This document shows, piece after piece, positions 12,929-25,850 of a stretch of DNA of 64,000 bases. The stretch's first letter is position 1. Every line of letters starts with the position of its first letter. The DNA comes from Octopus vulgaris (Eukaryota): positions 70,246,001 through 70,310,000 of the forward strand of contig OX597821.1 in the NCBI GenBank assembly GCA_951406725.2, given 5' to 3'. The notes below the pieces were generated by a model. The model did not search any database. It was not told the DNA's origin and worked only from the letters and a program-made list of their open reading frames with translations. Position numbers and translations under genes: made by a program.

Positions 12929-13072
12929 CCAGTTTCCGTCTACCAAATTCACTCACAAGACATTTGTTGTTCTGGAGCTATAGAAGAAACACTAAGAAAC
13001 CAGATACTAGCATTGAACCTGAAAGTACGTGGTTGCAATGCAAGCTTCTTTACCACTCAGCCATTACCGTGT
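12929..13072 (-). mobile_element. SINE family B, diverged 5' half
   Basis: CAGTTTCCGTCTACCAAATTCACTCACAAG..GCTATAGAAGAA..CTTCTTTACCACTCAGCCA is the reverse complement of the family B head. Confidence 0.75.
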
Positions 13073-13109
13073 CCCTGATTAACTTTTTTTAATGAATCAT
13101 TCTTTATTT

Positions 13110-13181
13110 CCATACTAATATGGCAGTCTATAAATAAGACTAAAGCTTTAGTCTTATTTATAGACTGCCATATTAGTATGG
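13110..13181. repeat. perfect 72-bp palindrome with no spacer
   Basis: CCATACTAATATGGCAGTCTATAAATAAGACTAAAG|CTTTAGTCTTATTTATAGACTGCCATATTAGTATGG; the 36-bp arms are exactly complementary. Confidence 0.95.
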
Positions 13182-13607
13182 CGATAACTATTAATACCCA
13201 GTAACGCTGCCGTAATCTCCTTTAGAGAGACTTAGTAATTTTAATATTTCTATTATAGTCTTTATTTCATTTGACTTTTATTTCGTTGCTAAGATGTTCC
13301 AGTGTTTCATATAAGATCGATGGCAGGTTTAAGCCATGTTTCTTGTTAAATACTTTACCTCTCATAATGATGTTTCAATTTCCTGACTCTAAGCTTCTTA
13401 ATACCTGCAGATATCAGGCTTTACAGTCTGAAAGTAAAGCGATGTTACGACAATTTTAAGGCCTCAAACGACTTTCGTGAGTAGAAAATATATTGTTTTT
13501 AGATCAAATGCTTTTGCAATTTCTATACATTGTAGAGTATCCCTTTATAAAGTCAGTATACGACGGTGTATAGTAATATATAGCTACCAAGGCATCACTG
13601 TGCATTA

Positions 13608-14005
13608 GAAGATCATTGTGCCGCCACATGGTTTCGGGTTCAGTCTCAGTGCGTGGCACCTTGGGAAAGTGCCTTCTACCATGTAGCTCCAAACCAACTA
13701 ATCCCATTTGAATGAATTTGGTAACTGTGAATAATGCTGCTGTATGTCTATATGTATTTGTGTGTATTCGTGTGTGTGCATTCGTATGTATGTGTGTGTG
13801 TGTGTGTGTGTGTGTGAGTGGTTTTGTTGTGTTTGTCCTATGACCATCACTTGAAAACTGGTGATGGTTTGTTTGCATCTTCGTAAGTTAGCAATTCGGC
13901 GAAGAGGCCGATTGGACAAATGCCATACTTATCCTAAAAAAAACACCCCCTTTTCAATGCGTTGTTCCAGCCTGGCCGTTGACCAATGACTGATAAAAGC
14001 GAAAC
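13608..14005 (+). mobile_element. SINE family B, diverged full-length copy
   Basis: CCACATGGTTTCGGGTTCAGTCTCAGTGCGTGGCACCTTGGGAAAGTG, internal (TG)n, 3' TTCCAGCCTGGCCG..AATGACTGA. Confidence 0.75.
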
Positions 14006-14035
14006 AACGAACTAACAGACGTAGTATATTGTAAC

Positions 14036-14350
14036 ATAACACCGTGATCACCGTGACCGACCAGGCTATCAGATGTTGCTACACATCACTGGTCACAATG
14101 CGCTTCGCATTGTTTTAGCCTTCAAATGACGCCACCCCGCTGGCTAAGAGAGCAGGCCAAGAGAAGAAATAGTGAGAGAAAGTTGTGGCGAGAGAGTACA
14201 GCAGGGATCGCCACCATCCCCTGCCGGAGCATCGTGGTGCTTTAGGTGTTTTCGCTCTATAAACACTCACAACGCCCGGTCTATAAATAGAAACCGCGAT
14301 CCTACGACCGCGAGTCCGCTGCCCTAACCACTGGGCCATTGTGACTCCAC
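14036..14350 (-). mobile_element. tRNA-Arg-like SINE family C, tail type 1, with TSD
   Basis: Head TGGCCCAGTGGTTAGGGCAGCGGACTCGCGGTCGTAGGATCGCGGTTTC; TSD ATATTGTAAC at 14026-14035 and 14351-14360. Confidence 0.9.
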
Positions 14351-14432
14351 ATATTGTAACGTATTGCAACTAAAATTCATCTTAAAATATATCAAAGTTG
14401 AATACGTTGTTATAGAATCACACAACACGAGT

Positions 14433-14825
14433 GGTGGATGGTGGAAGCACTCCGTCGGTTACGACGACGAGGGTTCCGGTTGATCCGGTCAACGGAACAG
14501 CCTGCTCGTCAAATTAACGTGTAAGTGGCTGAGCACTCCACAGACACGTGTACCCTTAACGTAGCTCTCGGGGATATTCAGCGTGACACAGAGAGTGACA
14601 AGGCCGGCCCTTTGAAATACAGGTACAACAGAAACAGGAAGTAAGAGTGAGAGAAAGTTGTGGTGAAAGAGCACAGCAGGGATCACCAGCATCCCCTGCC
14701 GGAGCCTCGTGGAGCTTTAGGTGTTTTCGCTCAATAAACACTCACAACGCCCGGTCTGGGAATCGAAACCGCGATCCTACGACCGCGAGTCCGCTGCCCT
14801 AACCACTGGGCCATTGCGCCTCCAC
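14433..14825 (-). mobile_element. tRNA-Arg-like SINE family C, tail type 2, with TSD
   Basis: Same head and body as 14036-14350 but a different 3' half; TSD ACAACACGAGT on both sides. Confidence 0.9.
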
Positions 14826-15513
14826 ACAACACGAGTATTACAACAGATTAAAAGCGAACAGTAACAACGTATTCGGAAGAGCATCCGAATAATAAACCTG
14901 CTGCTCATCCAGACGAAACGAAAATCCTGTATAGCACAGAACAGACTTCGGATGCTACACGAAATCAGTGCAAACGTAAAAGAAGCAAAATTCTGGAGTT
15001 ATTACGTAAATGTATCACGACACTCCCACTTTCGATCACCGTGAATTCACAACTGGGCATTTACTACATTCCCACAAATCAGGGATTTAATATTTTTTTT
15101 TTTTCTGTTCACTTCTTTCTCAAGATAGACTTAGAAAGAGAGCGAGAAAGGGAATTAAGGAGAAGAGAGAGGGAGGGAGAAAATGGAGAGCAAGAATGGA
15201 AGGATCCGAGGCGAGAAAATAAAAACAGGATACATTTTTTTTTGTAGAACTACTGTTAAGACAGCCAAGCAAAAAGTGATTCCATTCTGTTGGTGGTCTG
15301 GTCGTTATTATAAGAGATGGAGTAAAAGTTTGTTATCTAACTGCATAGAACTATGAAAGGTTGGTGAAGAAAAAAAACAAGAAGAAATGGAAAACGAAAG
15401 TGAAAGTAATACAAACAAACAAACAATAAAATAACCACACAAAAGACAACAACAATAACATCTTGAAAGGCAGAAAGAAATAACAGAAAGAACATAAAGA
15501 AAGAACGTATAAG

Positions 15514-15567
<54 letters not shown>

Positions 15568-16138
15568 AACGAAGGAATCAAGTTAGGTGGATGAATGGGA
15601 GGTGGGGGAGTGGTGGTGGTGGTGGTGGTGGGGGTATAAATACCAGTAGACATTTAATTAATTTCCCCTTTTCTATTGCTATATTTCTCGGCTGACATTA
15701 ACCCGTGACCTGACTTCATGACACCGAGCTCAAACACGTGACACGCACAAGGCCGAGCAGCGACATACAGCACGCTGCACCATTTCGCTGCAGTTTTTAT
15801 TGATAAGTCAAACAAGAAAAGGCCTAACGTACTCCTTATTGGCGGCGGTTGGGGGGTGGTAGCGGTGGTAGCGGGGGGTAGAGGAGCCTGTCCCCTTCAT
15901 CAAATGAATTTATGCGACAAATAAGCCAACATGTTAAGCTAGCTAGTTATGGTTTATAGCCATCTGCCATGTGTGACCTGCCGTTTGGTGGACCTCATCC
16001 ACGTCACCGAACGACATCAGCATGAACATCATCAACATTACTACCATCACGACGATGATGTCACCACAACAACTACCACCACCACCACCAGTACTACTCC
16101 TACTACCACAACCCCCACCAATGCTACTACTGCTACTG

Positions 16139-16198
<60 letters not shown>

Positions 16199-17006
16199 AT
16201 CTTGGTGTTGTTGATTAGTCCCAGGTCAGTAATGACTGAACGCACCTGTGACCAAAAGCGTTCCAGCTTTGACTATCCTGTCTTTTCTTCAAACAGCGCA
16301 TCTAAAATTATATTATCCAACGTGTCTGGCACTTTCTAAAAGACAGTTGGTGAGATTTGCGGAAGATTTAGTTGTTATATTCAGCAGTCGATCTGCTACA
16401 TACGGGTTCCCTCGTTTATGTTGATATCACTGCCACAGTTTTTGTGATGATATTAGTGTTGTTGTTGTTGTTTAGTCCCATTTCAGTTCTGATCAAGGCC
16501 ATCCACCAAAAAGCAGTTCCAACCGTGACTCTGCCACCATTTCAGGTGCATGTAGGACTACATTATACCTGTATTTGTATGTATGTGTGTGTGTGTGCAC
16601 GCGCACACGTACACATTTATATGTATGCATATGTAAGCATGTATATATGTGTATATGTACACGTGATATATGCGTGTATGTGTGTGTGTGTGTATATATA
16701 TATGTAGGTATGTATGTATATATGCGTGTGTGTAATTGTATAATGAGGGAAAATAAAAACTGAAGAGATTTAGGAGGAGACATGCTGTGGTGAATCTGGT
16801 TCAAAGACTGGCCACTGAATAGGAGAGCGATGCATCGGAGCTGAGTGGATCTTGTGAGAGGGAGAAACTGTAAATCCCAAGTTATTCACCAATTCATAGC
16901 CGGGTCCATTAACCACACTCAAAAGCATTAATCAGACAAAAACTGGAGAGTTATCCTTTTTTTTCTTTTCATTTTATTTGCGCCTATAAATTTCGAAAAA
17001 GTTGTG

Positions 17007-17137
17007 TAACCGTATTCACAGTAAACAATAACTTGTGCGCCTAATCGATTAATTATTCGATCAATCGATTAAATAATGAAAGAACCATTGATTAATTAAT
17101 TATGTATACAGACCATTTTTTGCTGTGAATACGTTTA
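17007..17137. mobile_element. small MITE-like foldback
   Basis: TAACCGTATTCACAGTAAA ... TTTGCTGTGAATACGTTTA terminal inverted repeats (2 mismatches) around an AT-rich, partly self-complementary interior. Confidence 0.45.
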
Positions 17138-17227
17138 TGTAAGCTTTTCGAAACATACGTAAACCAATAAAGTCATATAAGAATAAAACCCTTTATAATG
17201 ATTACTCTGTGTGTGTGAGTGTATGTG

Positions 17228-18151
17228 CGACCTTTGTGCTGTGTATGGAAAGGGTGCCTTGGCTGAAACAACCGCCCCTGATTGGTATGCCAAGTTCAAA
17301 AGTGAAAATTTTGACCTCAAAGACGCACCTCGTTCTAACCGTCCAGTTGAGTTCGATGAAGAGCGATTGAACCAATTTTTGCACGAAAATTCTCATCAAA
17401 CGACAAGGGAACTGGCAGAGAAAATGGAATGCTCCCACAGTGCTATAGAGAAGCATCTTCACTCGATGGGGAAGGTTCAGAAATATGGAGCATGGGTTCC
17501 GCATGCTTTAAGTGACAACAGCAACAAAAATCAACGAGCCACAATCTCCGTTGGTTTGCTTGCTCGTCACCGCTCAACTCATGGACACAAGCAATGATTT
17601 CTTTACCGAATTGTTACTGGCAACGAAAAATGCTGCCTGTACATCAATATGAAGCAGCATAAGGAATGGCTCAACCCCGGTAAACAAGCGACACGGCGTG
17701 TGAAACAAGATCTTCATCCGCGTAAAACGATGCTGTGCTATTCAAGAGAAAAAACCTAATCGTCAGTATGGAGTTCTTGTGCTGCACGACAACACCCGCC
17801 CTCATATCGCCAATATGACCAAGGAAGCCATTCAAACGCTTGGCTGGGAAGTGCTGCAACACTCCTCGCACTCTTCTGATTTGGCACCAACGGGTTTCTA
17901 CCTCTTTCGATCTCTTTCAAATGTTAAGCGCGGAGTTTCGTTCAATATTGATGCAGAATTGAGAGCTTGGTTGGATCAATTTTTCGAGTCGAAATCAAGT
18001 GATTTCTACCAATGAGGTATTGAAATTCTTGTTGAACATTGGGAAGAAGTGGTGAATACATTATTGATTAATTAGTTGTTATTTTTTTTATCAAACCTTT
18101 TAAAAAATTTAAATTTCAAAGAACGGCGGGAACATAGTTGCCTACCCAATA
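17228..18151 (+). mobile_element. mariner, 5'-truncated and internally deleted copy of the 38239-39504 family
   Basis: WVPHAL, TGNEK, HDNTRPH and HSSDLAPT motifs; 3' TIR GGGAACATAGTTGCCTACCCAATA; ~110-bp deletion near 17738. Confidence 0.92.
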
Positions 18152-19300
18152 TTTCAGAAGACTTGATGTATGTTTTATATAGAATATATTCTTTTATGGA
18201 ATTTATCTCCTATATTTAGTCTTCATTTGTTTAGGTCTTTTTACTTTTTTTTTGTTTTTTGTTTTTTGTTATTATTATGCCCCCCTCCTCGTTTCTACAT
18301 CATACACGACATAGTTTCTCTTCTTATTTCTTAATACGCGGAATATTTCGTATTAATATTTTCTGTTTATCATCTTGTTTTCATTTTCTCTTTCATACAA
18401 ACTCTTTTGCGTATCTCTTCTCCCCACTCTTTTCCTCTCCCCTTCTCTCTTACTCTAGCGTCCTCAAATATATTAATGTACACAGATATATCCAAGCTTA
18501 GATGCAATCATAATCACGCACACGCGCACGTGCGCATACATATTGTTTCTTCTCCTCCTCCTCTTCCTTCATTTCTTTCCTCTCTAATTTTAAATCTTTG
18601 TTTTGGTTATTAAATTAGATTCGCTTGCATTAATATTTCTGTATCGTTTCTTGGAAGATTTCTGATGCCAAGGTCCTTCCAAAAACACTTCGTCATATCA
18701 AAAGGTTGAGCAAGTTCTCCAGCCTTCTTGAACTTTAGATCATTGCCAAAATTTGATTAAGCAGTCAACAAGTTGGCACTTGGCAGCGAAAATATCTTTT
18801 ACTTTGATTTTATTTGTGTATTTGTTTCCTTTTCGTTTTATCGTCACAACTTCGAGAAGAAATAAAATACGATTCGATTCGGAGTCGAATTTCTCATGAT
18901 TTAACAAAGCTTTGTTCAACGAGAACAATTTGTAGACCAAACAACAGTTCTTCTCTGATATTTTCGGAATATATTTAGAATCATTCAATATATGTTACGA
19001 TGAAGAAATCTTATTACGAAACCCGGAGGGAATTAAAAGCCAATGGTAATATTCCAAAAATCAGGAATAGCTGTAACAGACAATCATGGGAAAGAATGAA
19101 AATTATATTTAAAAAGAAAAGCTAAAGAAAAAAAAAATAACAAAAACAACTTGTTAACATAATTGATTAAAAAAAACATTTAAAGAATTGATTGGAATTA
19201 GTCACAGCAAAATAAGTAAATATTTTGAGAACGAGGCTACAAAGAGGAAGGTGGGTGGTAATGATTACTGAAAGACTTGTGGGATTGTTTGAAATGAAGG

Positions 19301-19523
<223 letters not shown>

Positions 19524-19631
19524 TTGAAAATTGGGATGAAAACAACATTTAACTCCAAGGACAGTCGACATTTTAAAAACCTAAGCCACACACACACACA
19601 TTTATATTGAACCTTATCGCTACTGGTAATA

Positions 19632-20233
19632 CCTATTTCTTTACTGCCCACAAGGGGCTAAACACAGACGGGACAAACAAGGACAGACAAACGGGTTAAG
19701 TCGATTATATCGACCCCAGTGCGTAACTGGTATTTATTTATTCGACCCCAAAAGGATGAAAAGCAAAGTCGACCTTGGCGGAATTTGAACTCAGAATGTA
19801 TAGACAGATGAAATACTCATTTCTTTATTGCCCACAAGGGGCTAAACACAGAGAGGACAATCAAGGACAGACAAACGAGTTAAGTCGATTATATCGACCC
19901 CCAGTGCGTAACTGGTACTTATTTAATCGACCCCGAAAGGATGAAAGGCAAAGTCGAGATCGGCAGAATTTGAACTCAGAACGTAGCGACGGGCGAAATA
20001 CCTATTTCTTTATATTCCACAACGGGCTAAACACAGAGAGGACAAACAAGGACAGACAAACGGATTAAGTCGATTATATCGACATCAGTGCGTAAGTGGT
20101 ACTTAATTTATCAACCCCGAAAGGATGAAAGGCAAAGTCGACCTCGGCGGAATTTGAACTCAGAACGTAGCGGCAGACGAAATACTGCTAAGCATCTCGC
20201 CTGGCGTGCTAACGTTTCTGCCAGCTCGTCGCC
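19632..20233 (-). mobile_element. SINE family A tandem array: one full copy plus two head-less ~185-bp units
   Basis: Three repeats of CCACAAGGGGCTAAACACAGA..GAACTCAGAA..GAAATAC; the head is present only once (20185-20233). Confidence 0.9.
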
Positions 20234-21034
20234 CTGCTACAGGTAATTACTCGAAATATAAACCCGTCTGCTATAAACTTTCATAGTAACAGGCTTTGCT
20301 GCCGTTCATGTTTAACCTCTCAGCTCCACTCTGTCCCAGCTGACTGTTGGGCGGAAGGCTGTATATGTATTTTGCCAGGTGTGGAGCGCTTAGCCAATTA
20401 AATCGACGCTAGTATTTCACTGGTACTTTTATTTATGTTGAGAGAATGAAAGGCAGGCTTAACTTCGGTGGAATTTGAGCTCAAAATATAAAGAACCAGG
20501 ACAAATACGTCATGACATTTTGTCCGACGCACTAATGCTTCTGCCAATACACAGCTAAGGATGATATTAATGTTTATGATTTAGGTACAGGACCTAAAAG
20601 TTGGTACAAATCCCTTTAGGCATTTATCCGACGCTTTACAGACTCTGTTATCTCACCACCTTCATAAAATGGTTTTAGATTCAAGCAAAAGGCCGACAGT
20701 TTCGAATGATAACCGAGCAGTTGATACCACTGGCCCCCAGTATATTACTGATACGTTAATCTATTAGCCCGTAAAGGAGGAAAAGCAAAGGTAATGTCAG
20801 CGGGATTTGAACTCAGAACGTAAGGATCCGGAACAAATACTGGAAGACATTTTGTTCGACGCGCTTTGGATTCAGCTAATCCACCACTATAATAATAATA
20901 ATAATAATAACAATAACAATAACAATAACAATAACAATAACAATAATAAAAAAATAATAATAATAATAACAATAACAATAACAATAAAAAAATAATAATA
21001 ATAACAATAGTAATAACAATAATATTAATAATAA

Positions 21035-21109
<75 letters not shown>

Positions 21110-22117
21110 TGGTGATGAATATCAATAACACGTGATCACTGTAAGAGTACAGAGAAAAAATAACGAAAATGAATGATGACGTGAAATTGGTGGTGGTGGT
21201 GGTGGTGGTTGTGGTGGTAGGAGGGAAGAAGCAAAGGAAAATACAAGACGCAAAACCCAACCCAAAACAATGTAACAACAACTAAAACAAAATAACAATC
21301 GAATGTTTCTGCGCCATCTTCCTTCCAACCGGTCGCCAGCACCAAGAAGACAAGACACGGGGAAATTTATCGGCACGTGGTGGTCATTGAAAAAGATTTC
21401 TTTGCGCATGTCCGCTTGTATAATGGGACATGTAATATGGCGTGACTGATGACAAACTATTAATGTGACAGTAACAGTCGCAAGGTGGGAGTATGTGACT
21501 GTAGAGGGAGTGTGGAGGACAGAGGGAGGCAGAGGGTGGCAAGGGCAGTAGGCGAGAGGAGTATGTGGAAGTGGCAGTAAGAGTGGCGGGTAATATTGGG
21601 AGGAACACAAGAGATTATGTGGGAGGGGGGCGAGAGGACATGTAGAATAATTGTGGTGATTTATAAGTTAGCCAAGGAGTTGTTGCTGTTGTTGTTATCG
21701 TTGTTTGTTGTTGTTGTTGTATAGCTCAAGCCAACCGTGATGAAGAACATCTATGGTAAACGTTATTCCTACCATGACCATCTCGACTTTTTCCAATGGA
21801 TAGGTAAACGTAAACGAAGCCTAAATGATCCAACGACTTATTTTCGTGGACAGCAGGCTTTGAGTTGAGGGATTCGTTGGCTGCTCTTGCCAGCAGATCG
21901 AGCGACTAAACGAAGGGTAACAGTGGTTGGTATTGTCATGGAGGTAGGGTGGATGGATGGATGGATGGATGGATGGATGGATGGTGGTGGTGGTGGTGGA
22001 GCAGGAATATGGGAATGTTTGATACCATGAGATGTATTACACTGAAAATAGACAGGGCTCGGATTCTCAATGAAGGACAAACGGCAGCCATTGTTTCTCA
22101 ACGAAGAGTTGTAAGGT

Positions 22118-22770
22118 CATGTATGTATGTATGTTTCTGCGTACGTACGTATGTATGTATATGTATGTTTGTATGTATGTACATGTGTGCATATGTATGT
22201 GTGTGTTTGTATGTATGTATGCATAAGTGTGTGTATATGTATGTATGCATGCATGTATGTATGTATGTATGTATGTATGTATGTATGTATGTATGTGCCT
22301 ACATACGTATATGTGTGCGTATGTATGTGTGTGTTTGTATGTATGCATGTGTGTATGTATGTATGTATGTATGTATGTATGTATGTATGTATGTATGTAT
22401 GTATGTATGCATGTGTGTATGTATTTATGTATGTATATATGTATCTATGCATGTGCGTACTACGTATGTATGTATATGTGTGTGTATGTATGTGTGTGTG
22501 TTTGTATGTACGTATGTATGAGTGTGTGTATATGTATGCATGTATGTATGTTTTGTATGTATGTATGTATGTATGTATTTATGTATGTGTGTATCTATCT
22601 ATTTATGTATGTATATATGTATGTGTGTATGTGTGTATGTATATATGTATGTGTGTATGTTTGTATGTATGATTATATGTATATGTGTATGTGTGTGTAT
22701 GCATGTATGTGTGTGTATGTATGTATATATGTAAGTATGTGTGTATGTATGTGTGTATGTTTGTATGTAT
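22118..22770. repeat. degenerate (TATG)n/(TG)n simple-repeat field
   Basis: Direct reading. Confidence 0.95.
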
Positions 22771-23547
22771 GGATGGAAGGACGGATTGATCTGGTCCAGA
22801 TTTTAAACTATTAAACGCAGAGATGTACCAGGTGTATAGTGAGGTCGCTTTAATCGCCTCACCCCGCCTCCCACAAAACTGCTGGCCTTGTGCCAAAATT
22901 TGAAACCAATATCTCTCTCTTTCAACGTTTTTCTCTCTCCCTCCCTCTCACACTATCTTTCTCACGCACACACACACACACACACACACACATAAATATA
23001 CATAAGTATGCTTATACAAGCATGTAACTTCAGATATAAGTGGTGGGATGGGTAGACTAGGAGGAGGAAGAGGAGGAGGATACACATGGTTAAGAAGACA
23101 GTGCAGCAACAACTACAACATAAGGCATGCAATGAACAAAAACAACAAAGTTAAATAAATAAATGAAAGCACCTGTGTAATACGGTGTAAATGGACTGCG
23201 CAATCGTCCGTGACTAATTTGAATTTCAGATTTGATTTATGTCTTGGCAACCCCCTCACTCGAACCCCTGAACGGTTCGTATGTACTGATTAACTTGCCG
23301 GCTTATTAAAGACCGTAGCACGAGGGTTTTCTTAATGGCTGGCTTGCCCCAGCCCGGCCCCGTCCAGCTTGGCTCTACAAATGTTTTTTTAACATCTGTA
23401 GAATTGGTGCACAATTGAAATTTAATAACACACACACACACACACACACTCATTCACATATAAACGCCGACGTGCACATTGGCACACAGACAAGAACGCA
23501 AACATACACGAGCCTCCTTTTAAACTTATCTATGTATATATATGGGT

Positions 23548-23925
23548 CGTTATTCAGTTTTATTTCAAGGTTTCTTGCTAATAGAGAAAGAGCCGGTTTC
23601 TAACCTAGATCCAAGGCTCCTTCACTGGAAGTTCAACATCAACAGGGTATTTTTGTATGTATGTATGTATGTATGTATGTATGTATGTATGTATGTATGT
23701 ATGTTTGTATGTATGTATGTATGTCATTGTTCAATTTTATTTGAAGATTTCTTGCCACCAGAGAAAGAGCTGGTTTCTAACCTAGATCCAAGGCTCCTTC
23801 ATTGGAATTTCAACATCAACAATAGGGTATTTTTGTAAATATGTAAGTATGTATCGGTGCAGATTTGTATGGGTTTTTTATGTATGTATTCTCATGCATA
23901 TAGTTGCATATCTAGACATGCTAAT
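23548..23925 (-). mobile_element. two tandem 3'-end fragments of the R4/Dong-like LINE seen at 62572
   Basis: AGAGAAAGAGC(C/T)GGTTTCTAACCTAGATCCAAGG..TTCAACATCAAC..AGGGTATTTTTGTA occurs twice, separated by (TATG)n, and matches 62572-62790. Confidence 0.85.
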
Positions 23926-24429
23926 ATATATTTAAATATTAAAATTCTGGGATCTGTTCAATTTGGCTCAGACATTTTAATTTGTTTTTTTTAACCAAAC
24001 AGTTTGAAATTTTGTATACTGGTGGAATTTCTCACGCAGAACACGGTATACTCTGAACATTTTTGACAAAATTTCGTATTTTAGAAGTTATTTCTTGTTA
24101 AATTTGTCGTATTTGGGTAATTTTAGCCAATCAATGACATATTCAGTTGTTGAAAGCTACTGCTGTTTGCGATAGTGATCGAAGCGGAACAACTTCCGGG
24201 TCATCTCTACTAAATGTCACCACTGTTCTATTTTATTTTTTGTTTACTGCCTGTGTTACATATTACACGCTTTTTTTCTTCTTGGTTCTCGCGTCTGAGT
24301 AACCAGTAAATATATACAGCTATGAGTCCGCAGCTAGCTTTTTTGTTGCTGACGTGTATGTAGTTTTATGAGACGCCGTACAGATTGCAAATCGCCTCAA
24401 CAGACAAGTCAACGGCAGTGAGAAACCCC

Positions 24430-25490
24430 ACCTGGAAACAGCACTGGTGGAGATTGAGAAATAACTGAAGCACTCCCATTAGAAGGAAAGATCAGACAGA
24501 GAAGCTTGAGTAATAAGAAATGTAAAATCAGACCCTAAAGCCCTTTTCAAATAAGCCAAGGAGACTGCCTCTGAGCAGGGTAGGTACACTCCTCCAAAAA
24601 GATGGCTTCCTCACGGGAAACCCAGTGAGGGTTTGGGAAATACTGAATGAACAATTCAAAAGTGTCTTCACCCCACCCCTGCGGCTCATGCAAGTTGGCA
24701 AACCTGCAGAATTCTTTACGCTACAGAAGCTCAACAGGGGGCAAGTGATAATCGATTACATCAACATAGAAGACAAGGATGTAATGCTAACAATCGATTA
24801 TATAGATGGGAGCTCAGCTGCTGATGGATTCCCAGCAATCCTTCTCAGGTCATCCAAACGAGTCCTTACAAAGTCATGGAACGAATAGTCCGAAATAAAT
24901 TAATTGCATTCCTTGAAGAGACACCCAGCATGGTTTCCGACCAGGTAGAGGCTGCTCGACATAGCTCTTGCAGCCTTTAGGTGCTAAAGCAGCTGTTCAA
25001 CAACTTAAATGCTGACGTGATATATCCTGACTTTGCAAAAGTCTATGACAAGTCGACCATGGTAGGATTTGTCACAAGCTGCGTAATCTTGGCATAGTTG
25101 GAAAACTTAGAGAATGACTTTCTAAGATATAGAAATCATGTCGACATGAGAACTGATGCATCTTTCCAGGTGCACATTACTTAGTTGGCAATAAAATGCA
25201 GACGTCTGGCCGTATGAATCCTTCGAACTTTCAAAACAAGAGAAAAGGAACCATGATGGTTCCCTGGAGGACTTCCATTCTCAGCCGTCTGGATTACTGT
25301 TCCCAACTGTGGTCACCAAACAGTGTAAAATTAACGACGCAACTCGAAACGATTCAGCGAAGCTACGCAAGGAAGATCGACGCAATGCGATTTACCAGCT
25401 ACTGGGAGAGACTGAAAGAATTAAGATTCTACTCCCTGGAGCGAAGACAGGAAAGATATGCTCTAATATACATCCGGAAAATCCGAGAAG
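24430..25490 (+). mobile_element. CR1-group LINE ORF2 remnant, heavily deleted
   Basis: EILNEQFKSVFT, DGFPAILL, QHGFRPGRGC, DVIYPDFAKVYDK and SRLDYCSQLWSP..LETIQR..SYWERLKELRFYSLERRQER motifs. Confidence 0.85.
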
Positions 25491-25589
25491 AACTTTCGAT
25501 TGCGTGTACGGTGCCTATGTTACTACACAATGGCATCCAATACGGACATTTGTATATCTCTTGATACCAAGTTAAGTACTAGCCCTACC

Positions 25590-25850
25590 GTATGTAGATT
25601 ATTATCTCTCGCGTCTTCTCTTCAGGAAGTAAAGTCGTAGATTTTTCAGCCTCTCCTTGTCGTTCACCTGCTGCGCTGTGGCAGTGTTAGAGTAGCAGCG
25701 TTGGATCGCTTCGAGTTCCGCTGTTAGCTCGATACTCTGCGATGAGTTCGGCTGAGAGTAAATAGTCGCACTAAAAAGCGATGCACGGTTCCCAGAAAAT
25801 TCACCAGCCTCGTATTACTCGCAGATCAGGCAATTCAGTTAATGGCCAGT
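25590..25850 (-). mobile_element. diverged CR1-like 3' fragment, inverted relative to 24430-25490
   Basis: Minus strand reads ELTAELEAIQRCY...KERLK...KRRRER, paralleling the C-terminal motif of the adjacent copy. Confidence 0.5.

Noticed and set aside
14750-14825. Possible tRNA-Arg gene
   Set aside because: It is the head of a SINE with body, tail and TSD; the acceptor stem is not intact.
18740-18988. 82-aa non-repetitive ORF
   Set aside because: No recognisable motif; the length is expected by chance.
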